Shown: piece after piece, positions 9,962-19,259 of the stretch | How the letters are laid out: each line of letters begins with the position of its first letter | Position numbering within the stretch: position 1 is the stretch's first letter | Source: Candidatus Omnitrophota bacterium | GTDB lineage: Bacteria > Omnitrophota > Omnitrophia > Omnitrophales > Aquincolibacteriaceae | Assembly (NCBI GenBank): GCA_035352955.1 | Contig: DAOPYQ010000010.1 | Span: 3,145 to 67,144, forward strand | Length of the DNA: 64,000 nt | Direction of reading: 5' to 3' | Program-made: the position numbers and the translations under genes | The notes under the pieces: generated by a model | What the model saw: only the letters and a program-made list of their open reading frames with translations | Told to the model about the DNA's origin: nothing | Databases searched by the model: none

Positions 9962-10645
9962 ATGCAAAAAACATTCCGTGAAATAGTAAAAGCCTTTGAA
10001 GTTGAAGAGAAAACGCTTTATCAGTGGCTGAATGATCGGAGTATGCCGGCGGTTAAGGCCAATGGCCAGTATTATTTTAATTCTGTCGAGGTTTTGGAGT
10101 GGGCTCTTAAATATAAGATTCCTTTAACGCTCGGAGCCTTAAAACTCTGCGGAAAGAGTCGTTCGAGCCAGGACATTATCACCCCAGCTCTTATCCGCGG
10201 GGGAGTTCATTTTGGGATTAAAGGAAATCGTCGCGAGGAGATTTTTGGGGAAGTCTTAGGTGTTCTGCCTCTCCCGGGCCATTTGGACCGGTCTTCTTTA
10301 AAAGATATGCTGATTTCCCGCGAACAAGCGGGCACGACAGGTATTGGGAACGGGATCGCTATCCCGCACGTCAAGCACCCCGTGATCTTTGCCGGTCTCG
10401 ATCCGGTAATCGGGCTTTTTTTTCTGGAAACCCCCGTTGATTTTGCTGCGCTGGATGGACAAAGGGTCCATACGCTATTTGTGATATTGTCCGGTTCTTT
10501 CAAAGGACATTTGTCGCTTTTGGCGCGCTTGGCGTTTTGTTTGCAAAATGAAAGCGTTCAATCGGTCTTAAAACGTCAAGCGAATGCCGAAGAGATCCTC
10601 GCGACATTCCAGGTTGCGGAAGCAAAAACCGCGCAGGCCGGCTAA
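9962..10645 (+). CDS. Two-domain regulator: an N-terminal excisionase/MerR-type HTH fused to a PTS EIIA type-2 (fructose/Ntr, PtsN-like) domain.
   Basis: HTH: KTLYQWLNDRSMPAVKANGQYYFNSVEVLEWA. EIIA active-site motif GIGNGIAIPHVKHP. The stop abuts the first gene of the Ehr-like operon. Confidence 0.7.
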   Translation: MQKTFREIVKAFEVEEKTLYQWLNDRSMPAVKANGQYYFNSVEVLEWALKYKIPLTLGALKLCGKSRSSQDIITPALIRGGVHFGIKGNRREEIFGEVLGVLPLPGHLDRSSLKDMLISREQAGTTGIGNGIAIPHVKHPVIFAGLDPVIGLFFLETPVDFAALDGQRVHTLFVILSGSFKGHLSLLARLAFCLQNESVQSVLKRQANAEEILATFQVAEAKTAQAG

Positions 10646-12496
10646 GTGGAAAAATTACTTCGTACGCCTTGGTTTGTTCCTCTCGGTGAATTCTCTTTTA
10701 GACTGGATCCCCTGGGCCTTGTATTCCTTGCCGCGATCACGATCCTCGCTTTATGTGCCGGAGTTTATGGTTTTGGATACATGCGTCCTTATCAGGGAAA
10801 GAAATCTCTGGGGATGCATGCCTTTTTTTATCTGATCTTCGTGCTCGATCTTGTTTTGATCACCACAGCCAACAATGCGATCCTTTTTTTGGGGGCGTGG
10901 GAGATCATGACTATTTCTACGTTTTTCCTGATTATCTTTAACGATGAAAAATCCGCGGTGCGCAAGGCCGGATTTATTTATTTGATAGCGTCCCATTGCG
11001 CGACATTTTTTCTTTTCCTGATGTTCTTTTTGATGGCGCATGCCGCAGGGTCCATGAGTTTTGATGTGATGGCGCAGACGGGTTTTTCGCCAGCCTTTGC
11101 GGGGGTGGTATTTCTCCTGGCTTTAGCCGGCTTTGGGGTTAAGGCGGGATGCCTGCCGATGCATATTTGGTTGCCGCATGCCCATCCGGCGGCACCCTCC
11201 CATGTCTCAGCCATCCTGTCGGGGGTCGCGATCAAGATGGGGATTTACGGAATCTGCCGCGTATTGTGGATCGTGAAAGTTCTTCCAGATTGGTGCGGGT
11301 ACGTTCTTTTGGTGATCGGTGTTACCTCTGGCCTCATGGGCGTTTTATATGCGCTTGGCCAGCATGAGCTTAAAAAGCTATTGGCGTATCACAGTATTGA
11401 AAATATCGGCATTATTGCTCTTGGTCTCGGGGTGGGGTTAGTGGGACGGAGTCATCAGGTTCCCTTTCTCGCGGTCCTCGGGTTTGGCGGAGGGCTCCTG
11501 CATGTTTTGAATCACTCGCTTTTTAAAGGGCTTTTGTTTTTGGGAGCGGGTTCCGTTATTCAAAAGACGCACTCCGGAGAGATGGATCATCTCGGGGGTT
11601 TGGCAAAGACATTGCCAGTCACCAGCGCTTTTTTCCTGGTGGGGGCGATCTCGATCTGCGGTTTGCCTCTCTTCAACGGGTTTATTAGCGAATTCATTAT
11701 TTATTTCGGACTCTTTCAAGGACTTTTCGGGCTTCCTGTTTCGGGAGTGATCTTTTGTTCGTTGGGGATCTTGTCTCTGGCTCTCATGGGCGCTCTTGCC
11801 TTGGCCTGTTTTAGCAAGGTCTATGGAACCGTTTTTTTGGGAAAGCCCCGCGTGGATTTAAAAGAATCTTCCCGAGGATCCGGGGCGCAGAAAGGGATAT
11901 GCGGCGAGGAGACATCCAAGTGGATGCTTGTCCCCATGATGATCCTAACGGGATTATGTGCATGGATCGGACTTGTTCCTCAAACCGTAACCGGTTTGGT
12001 TTTCCGCGGCGGGGCCTATCTAACGCATGTGGATTTTTCAACACTCCAACTTGAACAGGTTCTCATGCCCCTAACGCTGGTTGTTTTGATCGCATTTCTG
12101 TTCCTCCTGATCGTGTTGTGTTTGATCTTTATCCGGCGACTTCTTTTGGGGGGAGCGCCTATGCCGATTCGGGAAACATGGAGTTGCGGTTTTTCGCAGG
12201 TCTCAGCGAGGTTTCAATACACCTCAGCGTCTTTTGCCCGAACAATCGTCGAATTGATGCGGCATGCGCTGTTTTTCCGCCGTCAGGGGGGACAAATTAC
12301 GGGCTCTTTCCCGGGGGAAACCCGCGTGGCTTCTTCGGTTCATGATGCCTCTGAAGAGATGATTTTTGGTCCGGGGTTGGCTTTTCTAAATAATCTTTCT
12401 AAAAGGCTAAATCGTAACCGCATGCGTCATACCCAGCTCTACTTGATGTACATTCTTTTATTTCTAGTTTTCTTGTTGATCTGGAAATTAAAATAA
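10646..12496 (+). CDS. NuoL/HyfB/HycC-like antiporter-type membrane subunit of an energy-converting hydrogenase-related (Ehr-like) complex.
   Basis: WLPHAHPAAPSHVSAILSGVAIKMGIYG and HSIENIGIIALGLG are NuoL/MrpA-family motifs. Confidence 0.85.
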   Translation: MEKLLRTPWFVPLGEFSFRLDPLGLVFLAAITILALCAGVYGFGYMRPYQGKKSLGMHAFFYLIFVLDLVLITTANNAILFLGAWEIMTISTFFLIIFNDEKSAVRKAGFIYLIASHCATFFLFLMFFLMAHAAGSMSFDVMAQTGFSPAFAGVVFLLALAGFGVKAGCLPMHIWLPHAHPAAPSHVSAILSGVAIKMGIYGICRVLWIVKVLPDWCGYVLLVIGVTSGLMGVLYALGQHELKKLLAYHSIENIGIIALGLGVGLVGRSHQVPFLAVLGFGGGLLHVLNHSLFKGLLFLGAGSVIQKTHSGEMDHLGGLAKTLPVTSAFFLVGAISICGLPLFNGFISEFIIYFGLFQGLFGLPVSGVIFCSLGILSLALMGALALACFSKVYGTVFLGKPRVDLKESSRGSGAQKGICGEETSKWMLVPMMILTGLCAWIGLVPQTVTGLVFRGGAYLTHVDFSTLQLEQVLMPLTLVVLIAFLFLLIVLCLIFIRRLLLGGAPMPIRETWSCGFSQVSARFQYTSASFARTIVELMRHALFFRRQGGQITGSFPGETRVASSVHDASEEMIFGPGLAFLNNLSKRLNRNRMRHTQLYLMYILLFLVFLLIWKLK

Positions 12497-12511
12497 AAAA
12501 CGAGGTCGTTT

Positions 12512-13447
12512 GTGATCTTGATGCTAAGTAATGCATTCCCGGTTTTGTTCCACTGGTTGATTCTTTGTCTTCTTTCGCCGTTTTTTCTCGGTGTAATCGC
12601 CAAAGTTAAAGCTTTTTTTTCTGGAAAAGTGGGCCCCTCGGTGTTTCAACCCTACTTTGATCTAGCGAAGCTTTTTCGTAAAAAATGTGTCTATAGCCAT
12701 ACCATCACATGGATCTTTCGTGTGGCGCCCGCGGTGGTCCTTGCCGTTATGCTGGTTTTTTCACTGCTGGTTCCTTTTGGTAGATTCACCGCTCCGGTGC
12801 AATTTTCGGGCGACATTCTACTGGCCGTCTATCTCCTGGCTTTGGGCAGGTTCTTTATGATCTTGGCCGCTTTGGACACGGGATCCAGCTTCGAGGGCAT
12901 GGGCGCCAGTCGTGAAGCGTTTTTTTCGTGTTTGTCAGAATTGGCGCTGTTCATGAATTTTATCACGCTTGCGCTGCTCGCCAAGAGCCTCTCTTTGTCT
13001 CAGATGATCGGCTCGGGCTTTTCTTTGTCCTTTGAAGGTTTTGATCCGGCACTATTTCTGGTCATCGCAAGTTTTTTTATCGTGCTGTTGGCCGAAAACT
13101 GCCGTATTCCGGTAGACGATCCGGAGACTCACTTGGAGCTTACGATGATCCATGAGGTGATGATATTGGATCATAGCGGCGTCGACCTGGCCTACATGCT
13201 CTATGCTGCGGCAATGAAATTATTTATTTTTTCCGGGATCCTGGTTTCTCTCATCATTCCGGTTCGGACCGGCCATCCGGTGACGGATACGGCGATTTTT
13301 CTTTGCGGGATTTTGGGGTTGGCGGTCTTCGTGGGGATCGTGGAGTCGTCGATGGCACGCCTGCGCCTTAATCGCGTAAGACTTTTATTGCTGATCTCAT
13401 TTGCTCTGGCGTTTTTCGGTCTTATTGTAAGTCTATGGAGGGCCTAG
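12512..13447 (+). CDS. NuoH/HycD/HyfC-like membrane subunit.
   Basis: Polytopic protein of 311 aa. Its operon position and the conserved stretch ENCRIPVDDPETHLELTMIHEVM resemble HycD/NuoH. Confidence 0.7.
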   Translation: MILMLSNAFPVLFHWLILCLLSPFFLGVIAKVKAFFSGKVGPSVFQPYFDLAKLFRKKCVYSHTITWIFRVAPAVVLAVMLVFSLLVPFGRFTAPVQFSGDILLAVYLLALGRFFMILAALDTGSSFEGMGASREAFFSCLSELALFMNFITLALLAKSLSLSQMIGSGFSLSFEGFDPALFLVIASFFIVLLAENCRIPVDDPETHLELTMIHEVMILDHSGVDLAYMLYAAAMKLFIFSGILVSLIIPVRTGHPVTDTAIFLCGILGLAVFVGIVESSMARLRLNRVRLLLLISFALAFFGLIVSLWRA

Positions 13448-13451
13448 GGGT

Positions 13452-14105
13452 ATGATGTCCTGGATCGATGTGAGTTGCATCCTGGCCGTGTTCCTGGCGC
13501 TCTCTCTTCTGGCAACTCATCGTATTGTGGGAATGATCAAGATCTTTGCATTGCAATCTTTCTTCCTGAGTCTTGTGCCGTTATTTATGAGTGCGGGTGC
13601 CATTTCGGGTCGCACTCTCACGCTTTCTCTCGTGACGATGGCGTTCAAAGCTGTGTTGGCACCCTCCATTTTATTCTGGACGATCCGGCACATCTCCATG
13701 CGTTCCGAGGTCAAACCTATTCTCGGGTTCGGAACCTCGATCCTCTGTGGGTCGGTATTGATCGCCGTTGCTTTCTGGATCTCTTTGTCTTTGAGATTGC
13801 CGGGAAAGTTGGTGCCAAGTTTGATTCTGCCATGTTCGCTGGCGACGATGCTTTTGGGTTTTATGACCATGGTGACCCGTACCCGCGCCATTACCCAAGT
13901 GCTGGGATATATGGTGATCGAGAACGGGATCTTTCTTTTTGCTCTATCACTACTGGATGCAATGCCGGTGTTTATTGAAATGGGCATCTTGCTGGATATT
14001 TTTGTCGCGGTTTTTGTCATGGCCATCGTGCTGAATCACATTAATGAAGAATTCGAACGGACCCGGGGATCTTCGAGTCGGCCTAAATGGGGGGAAAGTA
14101 ATTGA
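13452..14105 (+). CDS. HyfE-like small membrane subunit (NuoK-related).
   Basis: Hydrophobic protein of 217 aa, placed between the NuoH-like and NuoN-like genes as in the hyf operon. Confidence 0.55.
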   Translation: MMSWIDVSCILAVFLALSLLATHRIVGMIKIFALQSFFLSLVPLFMSAGAISGRTLTLSLVTMAFKAVLAPSILFWTIRHISMRSEVKPILGFGTSILCGSVLIAVAFWISLSLRLPGKLVPSLILPCSLATMLLGFMTMVTRTRAITQVLGYMVIENGIFLFALSLLDAMPVFIEMGILLDIFVAVFVMAIVLNHINEEFERTRGSSSRPKWGESN

Positions 14106-15514
14106 TTCTGTCTCTTTTAATTGTGATCCCGCTGGTGGGGGCGCTTGTCGTATGGTTGCCGGCGAAAGCCATGTTCAGGCTGTGGTTGCTATGGGCCATG
14201 TCTCTCGGTCACGCCCTGGTGGTGGCATCCTTTTGGTTGCGGCGGCCGGTCCCTGAATGGCAGGGTTATTTGGTGCTGGATCCCCTGGGACTTATCCTGC
14301 TTTCGGTTGTGAGTCTTCTTTTTCTGTTCGTGTCTTTTTTTATGATCGGTTATTTCCAGCATGAACACAGTGGCAACCGGACCTTTACCTCCTGTCTCTT
14401 TTGCCTTTTATCCATGATGACGTTGGTTTCGGTAAGCTATCATATGGGGCTTCTGTGGGTGGCGATTGAGACGACAACGCTCTTTAGCGCGCCTTTGATC
14501 AGTTTTCATCGTAATTGGGAAACTTTGGAAGCGACCTGGAAGTATTTGCTGGTCTGTTCTGTGGGGATCGCTTTGGCGCTTATGGGGACATTCTTTCTTG
14601 CAATCGCCGCGCATGATGCACACACTCTTCTGTTGCCGGCCATCCTTAACGGCGCTTCTTCGCTTTCCCTCAATTGGTTAAAATTGAGCGTTATCTTTCT
14701 CTTCGTGGGTTATGGCTGCAAGATGGGGCTTGCTCCGATGCACAGTTGGAAGCCGAAAGCTTACGGTCATGCGACCGGCATGGTGACGGTTTTGATGGCT
14801 GGGGGATTGACGCAGTGCTCTTTTTTGGCGCTTATCCGGGTGAGCCAGATTTGTTATAAATCAGGGTTAAGCGATTTTTACGCTTCCATCTTGATCTTCA
14901 CGGGTATTCTGTCGCTTGTGGTTCCGGCGATATTCCTGTTAGGCGAGAAAAACATTAAGAGATCTTTTGCCTTTTCTTCCGTCGAACATATGGGGCTATT
15001 GGTTTTGGGGCTTGGCTTAGGTGGGGTCGGGATCTTCGGCGCTTTATTCCATATGATCAATAATGCCCTGGCAAAGGTGGTGATGTTCCTTACGGCTGGA
15101 TCTATGGCGCAGAAATACGGGTCTTCCAACGCTCATGAGGTCCGGGGAGTCATCCACATCTATCCTGTGACGTGTGTTTTTCTATTATTGGGATTGCTGG
15201 CCGGAACCGGAATGTTCCCCTTCGCAACATTTCATAGCGAGCTTTTGATCATCAATGCCGCCATCATTACGAAACATTACACTTTGGCGGGGATCATCAT
15301 TTTGTGTTTGGCGGTCATTTTTATCGGGATTGCAAGGCTTGTGCTGGAATTTGTCTATGGCAAGCCGACGGAACCGGTGTTGGCTAAAAAAGAGAATCTG
15401 TTCATAAATATCACGATCGCATCAGCCGCCGTGATGCTTCTGGTGCTTGGGCTGTGGATGCCGGCTCCCTTGAATCGGGTGCTTCACGAGGCGGTGGCTC
15501 TGATCGGGGCTTGA
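14102..15514 (+). CDS. NuoN/NuoM/HyfF-like antiporter-type membrane subunit.
   Basis: FLFVGYGCKMGLAPMHSWKPKAYGHATG is a NuoM/N signature. It is 470 aa with about 14 TM segments. Confidence 0.8.
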   Translation: MILSLLIVIPLVGALVVWLPAKAMFRLWLLWAMSLGHALVVASFWLRRPVPEWQGYLVLDPLGLILLSVVSLLFLFVSFFMIGYFQHEHSGNRTFTSCLFCLLSMMTLVSVSYHMGLLWVAIETTTLFSAPLISFHRNWETLEATWKYLLVCSVGIALALMGTFFLAIAAHDAHTLLLPAILNGASSLSLNWLKLSVIFLFVGYGCKMGLAPMHSWKPKAYGHATGMVTVLMAGGLTQCSFLALIRVSQICYKSGLSDFYASILIFTGILSLVVPAIFLLGEKNIKRSFAFSSVEHMGLLVLGLGLGGVGIFGALFHMINNALAKVVMFLTAGSMAQKYGSSNAHEVRGVIHIYPVTCVFLLLGLLAGTGMFPFATFHSELLIINAAIITKHYTLAGIIILCLAVIFIGIARLVLEFVYGKPTEPVLAKKENLFINITIASAAVMLLVLGLWMPAPLNRVLHEAVALIGA

Positions 15515-15556
15515 AGAGGCCCCGGCCGGGCGTTCAGCTGGAACGAATGAGGATCT

Positions 15557-17068
15557 ATGGAACTGTTTAATGGCGGTCATGTTTCGTTAAGGGATATTCC
15601 GGTCTTGTCGGAAAAAGAATTTCGCGATGAGGTGCTTCTTGGCTGTCAGAAAGGCGCGAGGTTGGCGAACCTTTTTGGAAGTCCCGAAGGCGAGGGAGGC
15701 GTTCGCCTGATCGCGATCCTTGGGTTGGATGAAGAGTCCGAACTGCGGATATTATCGACAAAAATCTCAGCGGAATGTCCCCGCTACAAATCTTTGGCCA
15801 AGGAGCTTCCTCAGGCGCAGTTGTTTGAGCGTGAGATCGCGGAACAGTGGGCGATTACACCCGAAGGGCACCCCTGGCTTAAACCCGTGAGGTACCACCC
15901 CAATTATCGCGGGGTCCCGGATCTTTGGCAAGATGTGGCGCAGCGAACGATCCCGGGGGCCTATCCGTTTTATGCTGTGGGTGGCGAGGAAGTTCACGAG
16001 GTTGGTGTGGGGCCGGTGCATGCCGGAATTATCGAGCCCGGACATTTTCGTTTTCAATGTCATGGCGAAGAAGTGATACATCTGGAGATTCAACTAGGAT
16101 ACCAGCACCGCGGGATTGAGCCCATGATGTGCGGGAGGGATTTGAGGCAAGGAGTTCTTTTGAGTGAGTCCATTGCCGGGGATACTTCCATCGGCCATTC
16201 GACATCATTCTGTGAAGTGGTGGAGTCCCTGGCGGGTTGTACGGTTCCGCTCAAGGCACAGGCCATTCGCGCTATCGCATTGGAATTGGAACGGTTGGCG
16301 AATCATGTTGGGGATCTTGGAGCTTTGGGAATGGATGCGGGTTTTCTGCCGACCAGCGCGTATTTTGGCCGTATGCGGGGAGATTATCTGAATTTATTAC
16401 TGGAGTTGACGGGAAACCGTTTTGGCAAAGGCCTGTGCCGTCCGGGAGGCGTTCTTTTTGATATGGACGTATCGATGGCGGACAGTTTCTGCCGTAAACT
16501 CAAATGTTACAAAAAAGAATTTGAGGAGGTGAGCGATCTTTTGTTCACCCGGCCGTCGGTTCTTGCGCGTTTTGAAGGCATCGGAGGGATTTCCCCCAAG
16601 GACGCGAAGAATCTGGGGTTGGTCGGTCCCGTGGCGCGCGCGAGTCAAGTGGAACATGATGTACGTATCGATCACTCTTCGGGAGTTTGGCAATTTTATC
16701 ATGTTCCCATTTCTTTGGCCGCGACGGGGGATGTGTACGCGCGGGCTTTGGTTCGGCGTCAGGAGGTGATGCGCTCGCTGGAATTTTTGTTGAAATTTTT
16801 ACCATCCTTGCCCCAAGGAGAGATTTTCGTTTCTCCCGGGCCTTTGAAGACGGAAACGCTTGCAGTTTCTCTTGTGGAAGGATGGCGTGGCGAGATCATG
16901 CATGTCGGGATTACGGATAGCCAGGGGGCTCTTTGCCGGTACAAGATTAAAGACCCCTCGTTCCAAAATTGGTTTGCCCTGACCTTGGCGATGCGCAATC
17001 AGGAAATCTCTGATTTTCCGCTATGTAATAAAAGTTTTAATCTGTCTTATTGCGGGCATGATCTGTGA
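15557..17068 (+). CDS. NuoC-NuoD fusion homolog of the group-4 [NiFe]-hydrogenase large subunit (HycE/EchE-like) that lacks the NiFe-ligating cysteines. This is an Ehr-type 'large subunit'.
   Basis: The conserved block VGPVHAGIIEPGHFRFQCHGEEVIHLEIQLGYQHRGIE is present. Where hydrogenases carry R-x-C-G-x-C, this protein has ESIAGDTSIGH. The C-terminus ends PLCNKSFNLSYCGHDL, not DPCxxC. Confidence 0.8.
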   Translation: MELFNGGHVSLRDIPVLSEKEFRDEVLLGCQKGARLANLFGSPEGEGGVRLIAILGLDEESELRILSTKISAECPRYKSLAKELPQAQLFEREIAEQWAITPEGHPWLKPVRYHPNYRGVPDLWQDVAQRTIPGAYPFYAVGGEEVHEVGVGPVHAGIIEPGHFRFQCHGEEVIHLEIQLGYQHRGIEPMMCGRDLRQGVLLSESIAGDTSIGHSTSFCEVVESLAGCTVPLKAQAIRAIALELERLANHVGDLGALGMDAGFLPTSAYFGRMRGDYLNLLLELTGNRFGKGLCRPGGVLFDMDVSMADSFCRKLKCYKKEFEEVSDLLFTRPSVLARFEGIGGISPKDAKNLGLVGPVARASQVEHDVRIDHSSGVWQFYHVPISLAATGDVYARALVRRQEVMRSLEFLLKFLPSLPQGEIFVSPGPLKTETLAVSLVEGWRGEIMHVGITDSQGALCRYKIKDPSFQNWFALTLAMRNQEISDFPLCNKSFNLSYCGHDL

Positions 17069-17099
17069 GGTCGAATGATCCTATGAGTAAGGCGCTACT

Positions 17100-17777
17100 A
17101 TGTTGAAAATCCTGATGACGCGTTTCAAACAAGGCTGCCGCACCTTGCGTTTTCCAAGGGGCAAGCCGCCGGTCCTGCCAGCACGCTATCGGGGGCGGCC
17201 TATTGTCGCACGCAAGGAAGACAGTGTGGACTTGGGAAAAATAGCCTTTATTCCTGATAGCGGTATTCGACATTCCAATGATTTCCGGATGGGGGCATCC
17301 CGGCGCGAAGATCTTATGCTCAAGGGAGATGCGGAGGCCTTGGCGTTTACTTTAAATAAAAGGATTACGAAGATGTTTGGCCGATCCCTCAAGCTGCGGC
17401 AGGTGTCGGCAGGCGGGTGCAATGCCTGCGAGGCGGACATTAACGTTCTGAACACGCCTGTTTTTGATCTCAGCCGTTTCGGTATCCAATTTGTGGCGTC
17501 ACCGCGTCATGCCGACGGAATTGTTGTTACGGGGCCCATCACTCGCAACATGAAGGAAGCGCTTCTAAAAACCTACGAAGCCATACCGGATCCGAAGATC
17601 GTTGTTGCGATTGGAGCCTGCGCGATATCCGGAGGCATTTTTTCTAAAAGTGCCGAAGCCTCCAAAGGGTTGGATGCCCTAATCCCCGTGGACCTCTACA
17701 TCCCCGGTTGCCCCCCGCATCCTTTGACGATTCTTGACGGATTTCTAAGATTGATAGGGAGGCTGAAGAATGGGTGA
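17100..17777 (+). CDS. NuoB/HycG-like small subunit that retains the four Cys of the N2-type [4Fe-4S] cluster.
   Basis: GGCNACEAD ... GACAISGG ... IPGCPPHP give the CxxC...C...CPP pattern of group-4 small subunits. Confidence 0.85.
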   Translation: MLKILMTRFKQGCRTLRFPRGKPPVLPARYRGRPIVARKEDSVDLGKIAFIPDSGIRHSNDFRMGASRREDLMLKGDAEALAFTLNKRITKMFGRSLKLRQVSAGGCNACEADINVLNTPVFDLSRFGIQFVASPRHADGIVVTGPITRNMKEALLKTYEAIPDPKIVVAIGACAISGGIFSKSAEASKGLDALIPVDLYIPGCPPHPLTILDGFLRLIGRLKNG

Positions 17778-17848
17778 GATGGGTTCTTTCCAGAGGGCGT
17801 TGCGTTAGACGGTGTGTTCGGATCCTATGTTAAGTTAGACGGAGATTC

Positions 17849-18208
17849 ATGGATTTCCGCGATCTCACGAAGCATAAAGGCGTGGATGCATTTCAGGTGT
17901 CCGGGCCCTCTTTGATCGGACCTCTTCACATTTATGAAGAGGTGATGAAGATAGTAGCGAATAAACCCAAGATGCGAATTATCGATTTTTAAAAGGTCCC
18001 ATTCTTAACGCCATCTGATTTGAACCTTCTAGAGTCCTTCTATAAAAAATGCCACAAGGACAATGTTTGTCTGATCCTGCTCGGAATGCAGGCGCAGCCT
18101 TTCAGCATGATCAAGGGGAAGGGTGTGTATGACTCGATCGGCCCAAAAAATTTCGTAACGAGTATGGATGAGGCCGAAAAACGCATCCTCCAGATTTTAA
18201 CAAAATGA
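17849..18208 (+). pseudogene. Stand-alone STAS-domain gene, a paralog of the SulP C-terminus, interrupted by one in-frame TAA (17989-17991).
   Basis: The ORF track's 18020..18208 segment and the upstream peptide MDFRDL...KMRIIDF are in the same frame. Read together they align with the SulP STAS region (PKVRILRFRDVPLIDSTGMHALKSFYNKNKREGIRLVV). The TAA falls at the position of that Arg. Confidence 0.6.
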
Positions 18209-18370
18209 TAAAAGACGGCTCAAAATGAAAACCGTGATACCTTGGATTCGGATGGTGTCTGTCAAAGGTGCGGATAGTCTCGCTGTTATTGGATGCAAAA
18301 CATTTTCTGAAACTTATGGCCCCTACCCATTCCTCCGTCTAATTTAAAACCCCCAAGTCAGCTATCTTGT

Positions 18371-18490
18371 GTGAAAGTGACCGGGGATTCCATCATCGAT
18401 GCCAGGATCATGTCGGACAACCTTGTGATCGTGGAGCGCGGCCGTCAACTGCGGCACGGGGATATCGTGATCGCTTTGGTGAAACGATAA
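18371..18490 (+). pseudogene. Fragment of a LexA/UmuD-type S24 peptidase domain.
   Basis: The translation VKVTGDSIIDARIMSDNLVIVERGRQLRHGDIVIALVKR matches the conserved S24 block (GDSM...GI.DGD.V.V.R......GDIVVA). It is only 39 codons with no N-terminal domain. Confidence 0.5.
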
Positions 18491-19259
18491 CACCGCCTAT
18501 AGATGACATGATCCCGCCGCTCTCTACCGCAAGGTAGCGCAGACGCACTAAATCCTTCAGATTAAAAATGTCGTTTTTTTTCTCCAAAGTACGACATAAC
18601 GCCTCAAATATCCGGAGCTTTGAACCGGACATTTCCTATCGTATTCAGCAAGAATAGGTTGCAGAAATTGGTGTATATAATAGTAGCATCATCAACTCAT
18701 GACATAGTTCGTGGCGATTGCTGAGATCATGACGCGTACATGACGTAAGCGCGTCACAAAAACGTCTGGCACGAAAGTGGCAGGCGTTGTTGTGCTTGAG
18801 GGTGGAGGTAGCCGTACAGGACATCCATAGTCCTGACGGCGTTGTCTTTGCTTATCGGAAACAGGGGCGAATCCATCCGGGCTCACTTGTCCTCGTTGTA
18901 CAAGCGCGGCATCGTAACGGCTTAATGAAGGCCGTTTACGATGACCGCATTTCTCTTGCCCCAATCTCAGCTACGCTTCGATTGATTGGAATTGGGGCTA
19001 TCTCCAAAACGGCCTTCAGTTTCACCCAGCCAGTTTCAGTTCATCTCTGATTCATTTCGTTTTTGAACATCAAGATAACATTGCTGAAACTGGAATGCTG
19101 CCCAAAATGCGGCCATTTTGGATTGAGTCTTTCTAGTCAGGGGAGGCATTAGGCGAGAATTTGCTGTTAGGCGAAATTGTCACTTTTCCTCTCAAGGCAG
19201 TAAGTGTAGGTTCTTTTTTAAGGAGTGGCATTCGAATCATTCGATTAAATTATGCAAAC

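Noticed and set aside
13475-14026. Frame-shifted ORFs (13475..13978 +, 13517..14026 -, 13671..13898 -) overlapping the HyfE-like gene.
   Set aside because: The hydrophobic in-frame product fits the operon. The overlapping frames encode His/Arg-rich nonsense.
17989-17991. Considered whether the in-frame stop in the STAS gene could be a selenocysteine or another recoding site.
   Set aside because: The codon is TAA, not TGA. No SECIS-like hairpin is evident downstream. Pseudogene or sequencing error is more parsimonious.
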